Origin: Malacoraja senta
Lineage: Eukaryota
Assembly: GCA_038087875.1 (NCBI GenBank)
Contig: CM075997.1
Span: 3,102,001-3,166,000 of the forward strand
Length of the DNA: 64,000 nt
Direction of reading: 5' to 3'
Of the stretch, positions 51,019-64,000 are shown piece by piece (the stretch's first letter is position 1; the number at the start of each line of letters is the position of its first letter). A program made the position numbers and the translations under genes. The notes under the pieces are model-generated. The model worked only from the letters and a program-made list of their open reading frames with translations. It did no database searches and had not been told where the DNA came from.

Positions 51019-53422
51019 TGAGAGATACATGTCCACCAATGTCCATGGGAGTCAAAGCAACACAACAAAGGGGATGTGGGCATGACGCTGGATCAGGATT
51101 GTACCCGAGTTTGATATATTGTGATCTCAGATGTTGTTCCATTAGGATTTTCTTTCGTTTGTAGTGAAATGATTCTCTGTTCTTTAAGTTTTTCTGGTAA
51201 GGATCTATAGTTTTTTTAAATTATCTAATTGTTTATCTATAAAGAGTTTTGGGGACTGTCAAAAGGATTTCATAAGTTCTAGATCAGAATTAGGCCATTC
51301 GGCCCATCAAGTCTATTCTGCCATTCAATAATGGCTGTTCCATCTTTCCCTCTCAATCCCATTCTCCTGCCTTCTCCCCATAACCCTTGACACCCATGCT
51401 AATAATTTGCTCTGTTTTCTCATTGATTTTTAATTTAAATATGTTTGGGTAGAAAATAATTTGTAGTGTCCCATGTCTGTTGCTGGCAATGTAATTATTG
51501 GTGATTTGGTTGTGTTTAGCTTGTACTCTAAAAAAATAGTTGGATCGGCTTCAATTTTCCTTTTACTAGATGCTGAATCTGTGAGCAGGATCTGAGCTGA
51601 AGCTCTGGCACAGTTACACAAATGTTTTTGTTCTGTGGTGAAGGTCCAAGAGTTGTGGTACAGACTGAACACTTGGGTTTGATTTCCGTTCTGCTTTTGG
51701 CTTGTGTTGCAGAGAGTATTGGCTTGGTAGCAGTCGGTGAATTACATTCAGACATGATGGCATGTTTGTGCTTTTTTAAAATTAAATCCCTAACTCTGCT
51801 GCCACTTGCAGCTGCAACCAAAGATCTTTGGCTGCAACAATGCCAGGACTGCATGTGACTTGTGTACAATGGAAATCTTGATGCTGAGTTGCTCTATCAT
51901 GGGGTGCTTTGCAGTCCAAACTAATTGACCTGTCACACAGATGAGTCCGACTGAACCCGTGGATGGTGAAAATGTTTGTTTCACTGGAGGTCAATGAGCT
52001 GACCGCTGACAATTAAAATGTGAGCAGTTGTGCCCACCTCTCTTTGCACACACTGAATTTAAGTTGATCCAGTCTTGGCTTCCTGTCTTCTATCTTGCTT
52101 TGTTATTTCACACTGAGTCTGTGCCTGTGATGTTGCTGCAAGCAAGGTTTTCATTGTACCTGTGCCTAACCGTACTTGTGGATATGACAATAAACTCGAC
52201 CTGACTTGCTACTGCTGCGCGTTCATTGACCTGCAATGGTTCAAAGTTTGCCCTTGATTCAACTACTTTAAAAATGCTCCTCACTATCTCTGTCGCCATA
52301 TTCAGCCTTCCTGCCTTTGCAAGACTTGATGCTCTGATAAGCCTAGGTTGGGCTTCATTGTTTAATTGTTCCTACAAGTTGGGGGGGAATATCCCCTTCC
52401 GAAGCATCTGTTTATCTCTCCTACTTCAATACACGTATCATTCTCCTTGAGTAGATTTTGTTTGTGTCTTTGAGTTTCTGCAAACCTATTTTGGAATGTT
52501 TCGCTCTGTACCATGGAGTATCAGATAGTTGCTGTTTTGTCTCTGTTACAGTATCCATCATCTGTGGTTCACAATCCCACTCTGGACATTTGAGCAGTCT
52601 GGACAATCTTTGCAATCTGGACAAAGAGTGAGTTGGCATGTTCATCTTGATGTCCAAACTGTCAACCAATCTCATCTCGGACACGGAGCTGGTCTCTCCA
52701 GTGTTACTCCTCCCTCCCCCCTCCCCCCGTCTTGCTGTAAAATCACAGTAAACTTCCCTACATTGGAATCGTGATTGCATTTTGGAGATACTTGATTGAC
52801 CGTGGTGCAGCGGTAGAGTTGCTGCCTCACAGCGTCAGAGACCCGGGTCCGATCCTGATTCCGGGTGCTGTCTGTACAGAGTTTGTATGTTCTCCCCGTG
52901 ACATGCTTGGGTTTTCTCTGGGTGCTCCGGTTTCTTCCCACACACCAAAGACGTGCAGCCTTGTAGGTTAATTGGCTTGGTAAAATCATAATTTGTTCCT
53001 AGTGTGTGTAGGACAGTGTGAGTGGGTGGGAATGGCTGGTCAGCACGGACTTGTTGGGCCTTAGGGCCTGTTTTTCCAAGTTGTATCTCTGAACTAAAAA
53101 CTAAACCAAGACTGGAGTGCTCTGGAATGTCCTAAACATACAATAATGCTGTAGAATTGGGGAGATGTGTAGGGCAGATATTTTGCACAAAGTGTTGAGA
53201 ATCTGGTGGTGGTGGTGGTGGTGACAGGTGCAATGATGGAGTTTAAAGGGCTTTTAGATGGCCAACTAGATTTGTATGGAATGGAGGGATATGAATCATG
53301 TGCAGGCAGGTGAGATAAATTTCTCTTGGTATCATGTTCGGCACGGACATTGTGAGCTGAAGGGCCTGTTGCTGTGAGTACAGCCCTGTGTTTTATAAAT
53401 GCAACGGCTGGCAGGGGAATTG

Positions 53423-53424
<2 letters not shown>

Positions 53425-53455
<31 letters not shown>
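53425..53455. repeat. (TG)n microsatellite
   Basis: About 15 TG units. Confidence 0.9.
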
Positions 53456-53458
<3 letters not shown>

Positions 53459-53986
53459 GCCTGGGTTACAGGATTAATATCTATTTCATGTGGAAGTCAA
53501 ACACATTGTAATTCTAGTTAATTATATGCTTGGTGATGAAGAAGCCATACGCAACCGATTGCAGAGTGGTAATATTTTTTAAGCACCCTGTTTTGCAGCA
53601 TAGGGTTTGGAGGGCCCAGTATCACACCCCACATCTAGTGGAATGTACTGCAGTAAAATACAGAGTGCTGGAGGAACTCAGCAAGCCAATCCGCAACTTG
53701 GGAGGAAATGGACAGATGACGTTTCGGGTCAGGTTCCTTCGGTTTCTGTCCATTTCCCTCCACAGATGCTGCCTGACCCGATGAGTCAGCTTAAAAATAA
53801 ATAAATAAATAAATAATTGACTGAATCTGCAGTCTCTTGTGACCGATTCAGTCAATTAATCTATTTTATTTCACTTTCATTTTTACAGCCTGACCCTTCA
53901 TGGGTCAGGACAGCATATGTGGACGGGAAATCTGAAATAAAGACGGCAAATGCAGGATTCACTCAGCTGGCCAGGGAGCACATACA

Positions 53987-54480
53987 AGTCAAGTCAAGTC
54001 TATTCGTCACATATGCATACGAGATGTGCAGTGAAATGAAAAGTGGCAATGCTTGCGGATTGTGGGAGGGGAAAAAAAAGAAAAAGTAAAAACAGCAAAT
54101 TTTAAAAAGACACCACATAACAGTAAATTAGTACAGTAAGTTAGTCCCTGGTGAGATAGGAGTTTAGTCCTAATGGCCTTTGGGAAGAAACTCCTCATCC
54201 TCTCCGTTTTCACAGCATGGCAACGGAGACGTTTGCCTGACCGTAGCAGCTGGAACAGGCCGTTGCTGGGGTGGAAGGGGTCCCCCATGATCTTGTTGGC
54301 TCTGGATCTGCACCTTCTGATGTATAGTTCCTGCATGGGGGGGGGCGAGTGTAGTTCCCATAGTGCATTCGGCCGAACGCACTACTCTCTGCAGAGCCTT
54401 CTTGTCCTGGGCAGAGCAGTTCCGAAACCAAGTTGTGATGTTTCCGGACAAGATGCTTTCCACAGCCGCTGAGTAGAAGC
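53987..54480 (-). mobile_element. Rex1/Babar LINE 3' fragment
   Basis: ESILSGNITTWFRNCSAQDKKALQRVVRSAE...DPFHPSNGLFQLLRSGKR, with a short-repeat tail (GACTT)n. Confidence 0.8.
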
Positions 54481-54965
54481 ACTAGCCGCTGAGTAGAAGC
54501 AGAGAGAAAAACAACTCCATGTTTCTGTTCAGAGACACTTATTACAGTAAGCGGTGCGTCACCTGCACATGAGTGCGTTGCATTATGAATGTGTGTCCGT
54601 GTTTGCTGACTCTGATGTTTATGTTGTGCTGAGCTTGCTGTGATTAAGTTCTGCATGTGTGTGTGTGTGCTGTTGTAATCCGATAACCTGCAGGCATTAC
54701 TATTAATAAACTGCGGTGAGGGTGATATTCTCAGAAGAATCCAAGACATCCAGGTAATCAATCAATCACCTGTTCAATTGTCTGAGGTTTCAACAAAGGA
54801 CGCCTCCCTCTTTTCATGAGATGATGGAAAGATTAAATACTTAATTCCAAGGAATAAACAGAAGCACAATGAAGTGTAATAAACCCTTGCAAGGGTGGTA
54901 TTTATTACCCCTGACGTATTGTGGACGAACTTTATTTAATGCAAAGTTAAAAGGAATTAATTATC

Positions 54966-56146
54966 ATGGTTCTGCACTCAGCTGGCTCCGTTCCTACCTT
55001 TCCAACCGATCCCACTTCATCTCTCTCCATAACCTCACCTCTGCCACAGCCACTGTCACTCAAGGCGTTCCCCAAGGCTCCGTTCTCGGTCCCCTCCTCT
55101 TCATCATCTACATCCTCCCCCTTGGTCATATACTCCGTCACTTCAACCTGGACTTCCATTGCTATGCTGATGACACCCAGATCTATCTCAGCACCAAGTC
55201 CCCCCACCACCCCCCTCTCTCCATATCAACTCCTGCCTGTCAGCCATCAAATCTTGGATGCAACTCAACTTCCTTAAATTAAACAGTAACAAAACAGAAT
55301 TTCTCCTCATTGGCTCCAAATCAACACTTACCAAAATTAACAACCCCACTCTCACTATTGATGGCACCACTGTCTCCCCATCTCCTCAGGCCCGCAACCT
55401 TGGCGTGATCTTTGACTCAACCCTCTCCCTTGAGCCTCACATCCGCCATGTTATCAAAACATCATTTTTTCACCTCCGCAACATTGCCAAAATCAGACCC
55501 TCTCTCACACCCCCCGCTGCTGAAAGACTCATCCATGCCTTCATCACCTCCCGACTGGACTACTGTAACTCTCTTCTCTTTGGCATTAATTCCAGCAACA
55601 TCAACCGACTCCAACTGGTCCAGAATGCAGCCGCCCCGACTCATCACCCACACCAAATCCTGGCACCACATCACCCCAGTTCTCAAAGAACTTCACTGGC
55701 TTCCCATTTCCCACCGGATCATCTACAAAATCCTGGTCCTCACCTACAAAGCCCTCAACCACTTGGCCCCCCCTTATCTCACTGACCTCCTCTTCCCCTA
55801 CCAACCCTCACGGTCCCTCAGATCCACATCAGCCGGTCTCCTCTCCATTCCGAAATCCAACCTCTGCACTTTTGGAAACAGAGCCTTCTCCAGGGCAGCT
55901 CCCAGGCTCTGGAACTCCCTCCCACAATTGATTCGAAATTCTGAGTCCCTCACCATCCTCCAGTCCCGCCTCAAGATCCATCTCTTCACCTCTGCATACC
56001 CTTAGTCCCATGTCCCCCTCCCCTTTGCATCTCTGTCTTACTGCTCTATTTTGTTTTGTTCTTGACTCTCCATGTAAAGCGACATGAAGTCGACATTGAG
56101 TCCTTGAAAAGCGCTATACAAATAAAATGTATTATTATTATTATTA
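54966..56146 (+). mobile_element. L2-clade LINE, 5'-truncated (RT C-terminus and 3' tail)
   Basis: QGVPQGSVLGPLLF..Y...HCYADDTQIY, RLDYCNSLL and LHWLPI motifs across two frameshifts. Ends in AAAGCGCTATACAAATAAAATG(TAT)n. Confidence 0.9.
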
Positions 56147-59100
56147 TGGTTTCAATGCTTAAGGTTAAATGCAGTAGTTATTTAAGTATTGCCTGACTGA
56201 GAAGAACTGCTCTGGTTGCTGGATTGGAAAGTACAGTAAGTCAGATAGTGGAAGGAAAGTCCCAGGTCTCTCTGAAGATTCTGTCCATCAACTGGTCTCC
56301 ACAGGGTGAACACACAAAGAATATTAGTCTGAGGAAGGGTTTCAGCCCGAAACGTTGCCTATTTCCTTCGGCAGTCTGAAGAAGGGTTTTGGCCCGAAAC
56401 GTTGCCTATTTCCTTCGCTCCATAGATGCTGCCTCACCCGCTGAGTTTCTCCAGCACTTTTGTCTACCTTCGATTTTCTAGCATCTGCAGTTCCTTCTTG
56501 AACATCATTGCCATGAACATGCTTTCCCCAGTATAGTCGTCATTGCATTTGTAGAGTTATAGAGCAATACAGCATGGAAATAGGCCCTTTGGCCCAACTT
56601 TCCCACACTGGCTGACATGTCCCAGCTACACTAGTCCCACCTATCTGCATTTTGCCCAAGTCCCTCCAAACTTGTCCTATCCATCTATCTGTCTAAGTGT
56701 GTAGGTACTGATAGAAAGGTGTGTTGGAAAGAACTGCAGATACACAAAATGCTGGAGTAACCTTGTGGATCAGGCAGCATCTCTGGAGAAAAGGAACAGG
56801 TGACGTTTCGGGTCAAGACCCTTCTTCAGACTGGGTGTCTGGCCCAACCAGTGATCGATGGTGCAATTCCTCTTTGCAAACAAAGATCTGATGCTATGTA
56901 TTACTCTTTTTCCTTTAAATCATAGTCATTCAGCCTTTCCAGTAGTTGTGTGCACAGTTGCTTGTCGACGACCTTCTGGAAGTCCACCTGCTGTATTTTC
57001 CAAATATAATTCTAATTTGATACAAGCTGATCAGTAAGGATGTCAAAAGTTACGGGGAGCAGGCAAGAGAATGGGGTTGAGAGAGAAAAATAGATCAGCC
57101 ATGATCGAATGGCAGAGGATACTGGATAGGCTAAATGGTCTAATTCTGCTCCTGTGTCTTGTCCTATTATGCCCATCTCTGCAGATATGTTTTACTTTCT
57201 AAAATCTGTAATGCCTGTTTATTTTCCCATAAAAACACTTGAATTATTGTTCTCCACCCAGATATTAGCAGGCATTGGTCAGTAGGATTAAACCCATTTG
57301 TGTGTCCACAGATAAAGATTGATCTCCAATGTATTTTTGTTTAAGAAGGAACTGCAGATGCTGGAAAAATCGAAGGTAGCTAAAAATGCTAGAGAAACTC
57401 AGCGGGTGAGGCAGCATCTATGGAGCGAAGGAATAGGTGACCTGTCTGAAGAAGGGCTCGACCAGAAACGTCACCTATTCCATCGCTCCATAGATGCTGC
57501 CTCACCCGCTGAGTTTCTCCAGCATTTTTATCTACCTCCAATGTATTTCTAGTATTTTCTGTTTTCATTTGAGCTTCAGAGCTTCAGCATCTCTACGGCC
57601 TTTGTACTATCTGGGTCACTTTTGTTTTCGTTGATTTACGGCATTATGTTTCATTCGCATTTCTGAAAATGTGCTATTTGTCCATTTCAACATTGCAGCC
57701 CGCACTGTCTTTCACTTTAGTAATTTCATTCAGAAAGAACTGAGCTTAATTTGGCAGTTGGCATTAAAAACAGAAAAAGCTAATAACATTCAGCAGCCTA
57801 GAAGAATGAAATTATTAACGTTTCAGGCTAGATCTTTCTCCATCGATTTTGAAACGTGGGCTATTTTTCTCTTTGCAGATGCTGCCTAACCTGATGCATC
57901 CTGTATTTTGCTTTAATTGCAGATTTCCTGCGTCACAATTTTTTAATTCTATGTTGCAAGTTGGCATTTTGTTACAATGTATTGGATGCAAGAACTGACA
58001 TGACAATTTGTTAATATTGTGTCGCCTTCTTTGTGTCCACATTGGTGTGGGATAAAGGATTGCCTGTAGTTTAAATTTTGTAAGATGCTTTGCAAGCACT
58101 CATATGTTCTATGACCTATGATCTATCTAAAGTATTGTAATAATATGACAGTAATCTGATAAATTGTGATTGCAGGAACCCAGTTGCTTAAGTGGTTATG
58201 TGTAGAATTGTCATCTTGTGGTTTCATTGACGGCGTAGAATTAAAACAATTCGTTTGCTGTCTCTGCTTGTTCTTCCTCTATTTTCCTTGCCATCCAATT
58301 TGTATTCTGTATTCTATTTCAATGAACTATTTTTAAATATCAGCAATTATGAAAATACAGTAACACATTATTATGGACCTCTTTATAATCGATTTTGGTT
58401 ATAGTGGACAGACCTACCACCAGCCGGCATTGCCTGCCGATGCCACCCCTGGCCATGCCTGGCTGCTTCCAATTCCTCGTTAATCCTTATTCATACTTAG
58501 TGGACACTATTCCTCCCCGTCCATGGTCCGTTATAACAAGGGTTTACTATATGTTAACTGTCTTATTCTGGATATAACAATTTCCTGTATAAAGACTAAA
58601 GTATCGCTGCTAACTTCCAGTAAAGAATTCGTGCTTGGCTCCACTTGCATCCATGTGTATGAACCATTTTTTTACTGACTTATTTGTGCAAATTTAATTT
58701 TGTATTTGTTCTGTACTTGTTCTTTCACTTCATTTTCTTATCTTTAATCTCTTCCTTTCTTTAATTTCATTAAAAAAAAACAATTAATGGGCAGGAAGTT
58801 GTTTCGCTTAAATGTGATGCAATACTCCAATGATATGCAGTGGTGTTCATCGACTTGAGCTGATCCTGTGTTATCTGCGCTAGGAATCTGTGTCCCCTTC
58901 CCAGTCTCACCGCACGCTTACTTCCAAATGTACTCGTATTTTGTGTTCACTATGTCAACCCTGGAAATGGCTGCTCAACAACAATGTAGGAATAACCTAA
59001 CTGCAAGACAATAGACAATAGGTGCAGGAGTAGGCCATTCGGCCCTTCGAGCCAGCACTGCCATTCAATGTGATCATGGCTGATCATCCCCAATCAGTAC

Positions 59101-62100
59101 CCCGTTCCTGCCTTCTCCCCATATCCCCTGACTCCGCTATTTTTAAGAGCCTTATCCAGCTCTCTTGAAAGCATCCAGAGAACCTGCCTCCACCGCCCTC
59201 TAAGGCAGAGAATTCCACAGCCTCACAACTCTCTGTGAGAAAAAGAGCCTGTAATGGTCTCCCACCATCTACTTGAAATTACGAATGAGTAACAGCTGAC
59301 TCTTGCCATGATGCCCACATCCCTTCACTTGAGTTGGGAAGTGAAAGGCACAGTGGCTCAGATGCTTCACAGCCCCAGAGACCCAAGTTCGATCTTGACC
59401 TTGGGTGCTGACTATGTGGAGTTTGCACATTCTCCCTGTGACCACACGCATTTCCTGTGGGACCCTAGTTTCCTCCCATATCCCAAAGACGTGGGTGTGT
59501 AGATGGGTGCGTAGAAAGGAACTGCAGATGCTGGTTTACACCGAAGGTAGACACAACATTCTGGAGTAACTCTTCAGGCCAGGAAGCATCTCGAAACCAG
59601 AATTGGAGCATGAATGGTTTTGTAATTATGGAGCAAGAGGATGTGAGGAATCTTGAAATTGACTACGTGGAATAGAATCAGTGGACGTTTAGTTTAGAGA
59701 TACAGCGTGGAAACTCGCTCCACTGAGTCCATGCCAACCAGCGATCACCCCATACACTAGCACTGTCCTACACACTGGGACCAATTTACAATTTTTACTG
59801 AAACCAAATTAACCTACAAACTTGTATATACTTGGAAGTGTGGGAGGAAAACGGAGCACCCGCAGAAAAGCCACGCAGTCACGGGAAGAATGTACAAACT
59901 CCATACAGACAGCGCCCTTAGTCGGGATGGAACTCGGGTCTCTGGCGCTGTCAGGCAGCAACTCTACCACTGCGCTACTGTGCTGAACTACATAATTAAA
60001 GTTGGGGGAAGAACAGCCTCTGGTCAGACAGCACTTTGCCCTCCATGTTTGGCCCTGAACCTCTTCCTCTTGTGTTCCCTCTCATTTTGATTTAATCTTT
60101 TTGCCACCATATATTTAGTATCTGTATTCCATCTAGTCTAATTCTACCATTGCTCACTCCTAGATTTGTTACACAAAGCCCGCCTATAAATATCCGCTGA
60201 AAATGTTGATTAGTCAATTGCGAGGAAATGGGACATTCCGAATTAAAAAAAAAAAAACTCTCTGTCCAGTCATTTCCTGTCTGAATGAGGCAACGTGCAT
60301 GGACTGTGATCCATGGTGCCTATCGCAGGAATGGTCTTCTTTAGCTGAGCTAGTGCTTGGGAAAATAAGGTCCATGTTTAAGAGTGATTAATTGTTGGGT
60401 TAGGAATGTAACTATTGAGAAAACAAGTTATGCGGTTCAGTTTATCTCCTAGAATTCCAAAGGCCCACTTTCAAATGAAACTCTCCATCCTGCATTTCCT
60501 CGCCCTCCCTGGGAAGCGTAATGAATGACTGTTCCCAGCAGTGAGCCTTTGCAATTACTACTTCTCAAACACAAGGATGAAATGTCAAAGAAGGCCCCCA
60601 AGCCTTTTGGTCATTCAGGAAAATCTAGCGGTCATTCAGGAAAAGTTTTGCGGTAGAGTTGCTGCCTTACGGCGCCAGAGATCCGGGTTCGATCCTGACT
60701 ACGGGTGCTGTCCATACGGAGTTTGTACTTTCTCCCTGTGACTGCGTGGGTTTTCCCCGGGTGCTCCGGTTTCTGCCCACAGCAAAAATGTGCAGGTTTG
60801 TAGGTTAAATGGCTTTGGTAAAGATTATAAATTGACCCTAGTGTGCAGGATAGTGCTAGTGCATGGGGATTGCTGGTTGGCACGAACTCAGTGGGCCAAA
60901 GGGCCTGTTACCGTGCCATATCTTTAAACAAAACTAAGTTTCATAGCTTTGCAGGGAGGGTAGTTTTTGCAGCTTCTCAAAGAAGAAAAATAAATGTCCA
61001 AATATCAGTATTCCTGTTTCCCAACTTCCTGACTTTGACTCTCTCCTCCTTGCACATACCCATGAAAATAATCTGCATTGGGTTATACTTTTGTTTATGA
61101 AGTACTGTACTTTTGAGATGCAGTTGCCGTTGTTGTAATGTGAAATATTTTCCATACAATAAGATGACACGCAGGACAGTGCAGCAACTGGGACAATAAT
61201 TTCTGTAATAATAATAATAATAATAGATTTTATTTTAAGGGCGCCTATACAAAAGTCTCTAGGACACCTTACAATTTAACAAAGAAACATATAAACATAT
61301 AATCTGAGTAAAATAAGTTATAAAGGCATCACAAATACATAAATTAAAAACAGAAATTTGATCCAAAGAAGACAACAACAAAATTCAGAAAACACAATAT
61401 GAAGGGAGAGCAGCGGCAGCCAAACCGCACCAGCGTACACTCTCCCTTCCGACCGCCATGTTGGACATAGACTAACACAGACTAACACAGACACTTAACA
61501 CTACACACAAAATCATCCCCCCACAATGGTTACCACTGTGGGGGAAGGCACAATGTCCAGTCCCAAACCCAGTTCTCCCCAGAGTCAGGCCCATCGAGGC
61601 CGCCACAGTTGCCTCTACGGAGGCCCGATGTTCCTGGCCGTCGGGAGAGTCCTCGCAGCGGCTGGAACGGCCGGTTTCCCAGCGGAGTCCATGGCACCTG
61701 AAGCCGACAGGGCCGCGCCGATTTGGAGCCACGAGGCTCCCGATGTTAAAGTCGGCGCCGCCGCCCGCAGACCGGCAGCCCGGAGGTGTTGATCTCGGCG
61801 GTCATCGCATACTGGAGCTCCAGCACGTCGATCCAGCGCGGCGACCCAGGCAAGGCATCGCCCGCTACGCTCCACGATAGCGCTTCAGCGCTGTGCTGCC
61901 GACCGAAGCTGAAGGTGCTGGGCGTTCGCCGTCAGGAAACGGCGCTCCATGCCCGCTGGTAGGCCACGAGGACGGGTCGACGGGGCAGCCCGGAGAAAAA
62001 GCTGCCTCACCGACAAATAGGGACCTAGGATATAATTACCCCATTCACCCTACACTTAAAAGTAGAATACTCCCACACACTGGACAATGGACACACTAAA

Positions 62101-63859
62101 ACTATTTTTAAAAAGTGATTTAAACGGACGGCTGCTGGTTAGCAGCCGTTCCCCAACATGGCTCCTCTGTAAATACTCCTGGGATAAATACTGGCTGGCA
62201 CATGGGGTAGAATGGGATTTGCCAATTGTTAATCATAACTCCCTGACAGGACAGATTAAGGAATGGGTGATGTTTTGTGTCGAGACCCTTCTTCAGACTC
62301 GGTCTCAACACGAAACGTCACCCATTCCTTCTCTCCAGGATGCTGCCTTCCCCGCTGAGTTACTCCAGCTTTTTGTGTCTATCTTTGGTTTAAACCAGCA
62401 TCTGCAGTTCCTTCCTACACAGGACAGATAAAGATCGTGTATAAGGTGACTCTCCTGACAGTGCAGAAGTTCCACACTTGTTCAGTTGGATCTACTGTCC
62501 TTGCAGGCTTGGTCTAGATCTCGCTGATCTCCACACACTCACCAACATCGTGACGAGCCCTGGGGTGACTTGGTGCATTAGTTCATAAGCAGAATTAGGC
62601 CATTCAGCCCATCGAGTCTGCTACTCCAGACAATCATGGCTGATCTATTTTTCCCTCTCAACCCCATACTTATGAACTAATGCACCAATGGAATCAAGGG
62701 ATATGGGGGGAAAAACAGGAACGGGGGTACTGATTTTGGATGATCAGCCGTGATCATATTGAATGGCGGTGCTGGGCCGAATGGCCTACTCCTGCTTTCT
62801 ATGTTTCCGAATGGCCTGTTTTCTATGTTTCTAAACAGGCCGTGCCCTTGGCATCCACTGAGCTTAGACAAGAAGCAAAGTTAGAAATTATTTTGACAAA
62901 TATGAAAAAAAAAAGTTTTTAAAGTATCTCTTGCAATGAGAGATTGAAAATCAAAATTAATCTCACTAAAATTACAAAAAATTCAGAAATAGTTAAATAT
63001 TCAACAAAATGGTGACTCAGTCTAGCACTTGCACTCTTAAACTTGCAGTCGTTGGAAATTTAACACAAAAACAGAGTGAAGCATCATAGCAAAGTTCTCT
63101 GGATGCTTTCAAGAGAGAGCTAGATAGGGCTCTTTAAAAAAATAGCAGAGTCAGGGGATATGGGGAGAAGACATGAAGACTGATTGGGGATGATGAGCCA
63201 TGATCACATTGAATGGCCTACTCCTGCACCTATTGTCTATTGTCAAAGGGTTCTTGATCTGAAACATTGATTCTGTTTCTCTTTCCACACATGCTGCCTG
63301 ACCTATAGTGACGCAATAACATTCAACTTTAAAGCCTTTGACTGAAAGTATATTTCAAAATATAACCATACAAAGCCATGGTGCTTAGAGTACATCATTT
63401 CAAACAGTTTTATTAGCTGAAATTGGCCACACAAAAAAATAGCAGTGCTTGTTTTCTTTGGATACATTATTACCCGACAACGTCATTGTACCGTGAACAA
63501 CATAAGAATAAAAATGTGAAAGTTGCACTTTAGAGTGATATCAAAAAATTGGAGAAATAAAATTGAAGCTTAATTGCCTTTTCTATATCGCTCTACAATA
63601 AAAAGGGGCCATTCAGCCCATTGAGTCTGTACCAGCTCTTGAGAAATGTTATTCCCCTCTTTATAACCTTGTAACTTGTTCTCTTATTTATGCGGGCTTA
63701 CACCATGCTGATTGTTCTTCTCACAACAGAGTTGGGGAGTTTTTGTGGTAGCCACTTAATTTAATAAGTGGCTGATTTTTGAATGTGGGAGGAAATCAGA
63801 AACTCCATAGAGATAGTAGTGTAGGTCTACATCGATCGACCCCTTGCTAGTACTGTAAA

Positions 63860-64000
63860 GGGCCTGTCCCGCTTTCACGACCTAATTCACGACCTTTTTT
63901 ACTCGTGGACATTTTTCATCAGGCTAGAAAAATGCCCCGACCTACTTGATGCCACGAGTACCTACGACCAGCATCACGACCTGCTATGACCTACCTACGA
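63860..64000. mobile_element. Left end of a related MITE (runs off the window)
   Basis: TAA-AGGGCCTGTCCCGCTT terminus similar to the 20471 MITE, followed by internal ACGACCT repeats. Confidence 0.55.

Noticed and set aside
50591..51164. ORFs containing X runs
   Set aside because: Artefacts of the 200-N assembly gap.
52552..52627. Exon-like segment (polypyrimidine-CAG ... GTGAGT) in the ITPK intron
   Set aside because: 76 nt, with an in-frame stop in phase 0 and no ITPK similarity. There is no independent evidence it is spliced.
50003..64000. ITPK exon 2 (expected ...W.K....SPF..SF.K.YPW.QL.GH.G)
   Set aside because: Not found by eye. It is probably beyond the window or within the gap.

Overview
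Eukaryotic, vertebrate genomic DNA, most likely from a cartilaginous fish (skate/ray-like; inferred from HE1-type V-SINEs, Deu-SINE remnants and HER1/CR1 LINEs). It is repeat-dense and has a 200-N gap at 50819-51018. Two host genes are transcribed divergently from CpG islands about 15 kb apart. The first is an MTA-family (NuRD subunit) gene on the minus strand: coding exon 1 at 34436-34463 and exon 2 at 2898-2965, separated by a ~31.5 kb intron. The second is an inositol-trisphosphate 3-kinase (ITPKA/B/C family) first exon on the plus strand (49566-50002). That exon needs one extra G in a G-run to be in frame and is preceded by a 63-bp-period array of transcription-factor motifs. The rest is transposable elements: a Neptune-type Penelope-like element and many short terminal-repeat derivatives with hammerhead-like cores and target-site duplications, a Tc1 element, CR1, L2, Rex1 and RTE LINE fragments, SINEs and MITEs. 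The most unusual items are a 1.2-kb non-coding TIR element carrying CpG-island-like DNA inside the MTA intron, and a ~130-bp structured retroposon with an RTE-like head that is mutually nested with the Penelope repeats. Almost all ORFs in the supplied track are spurious or TE-derived.
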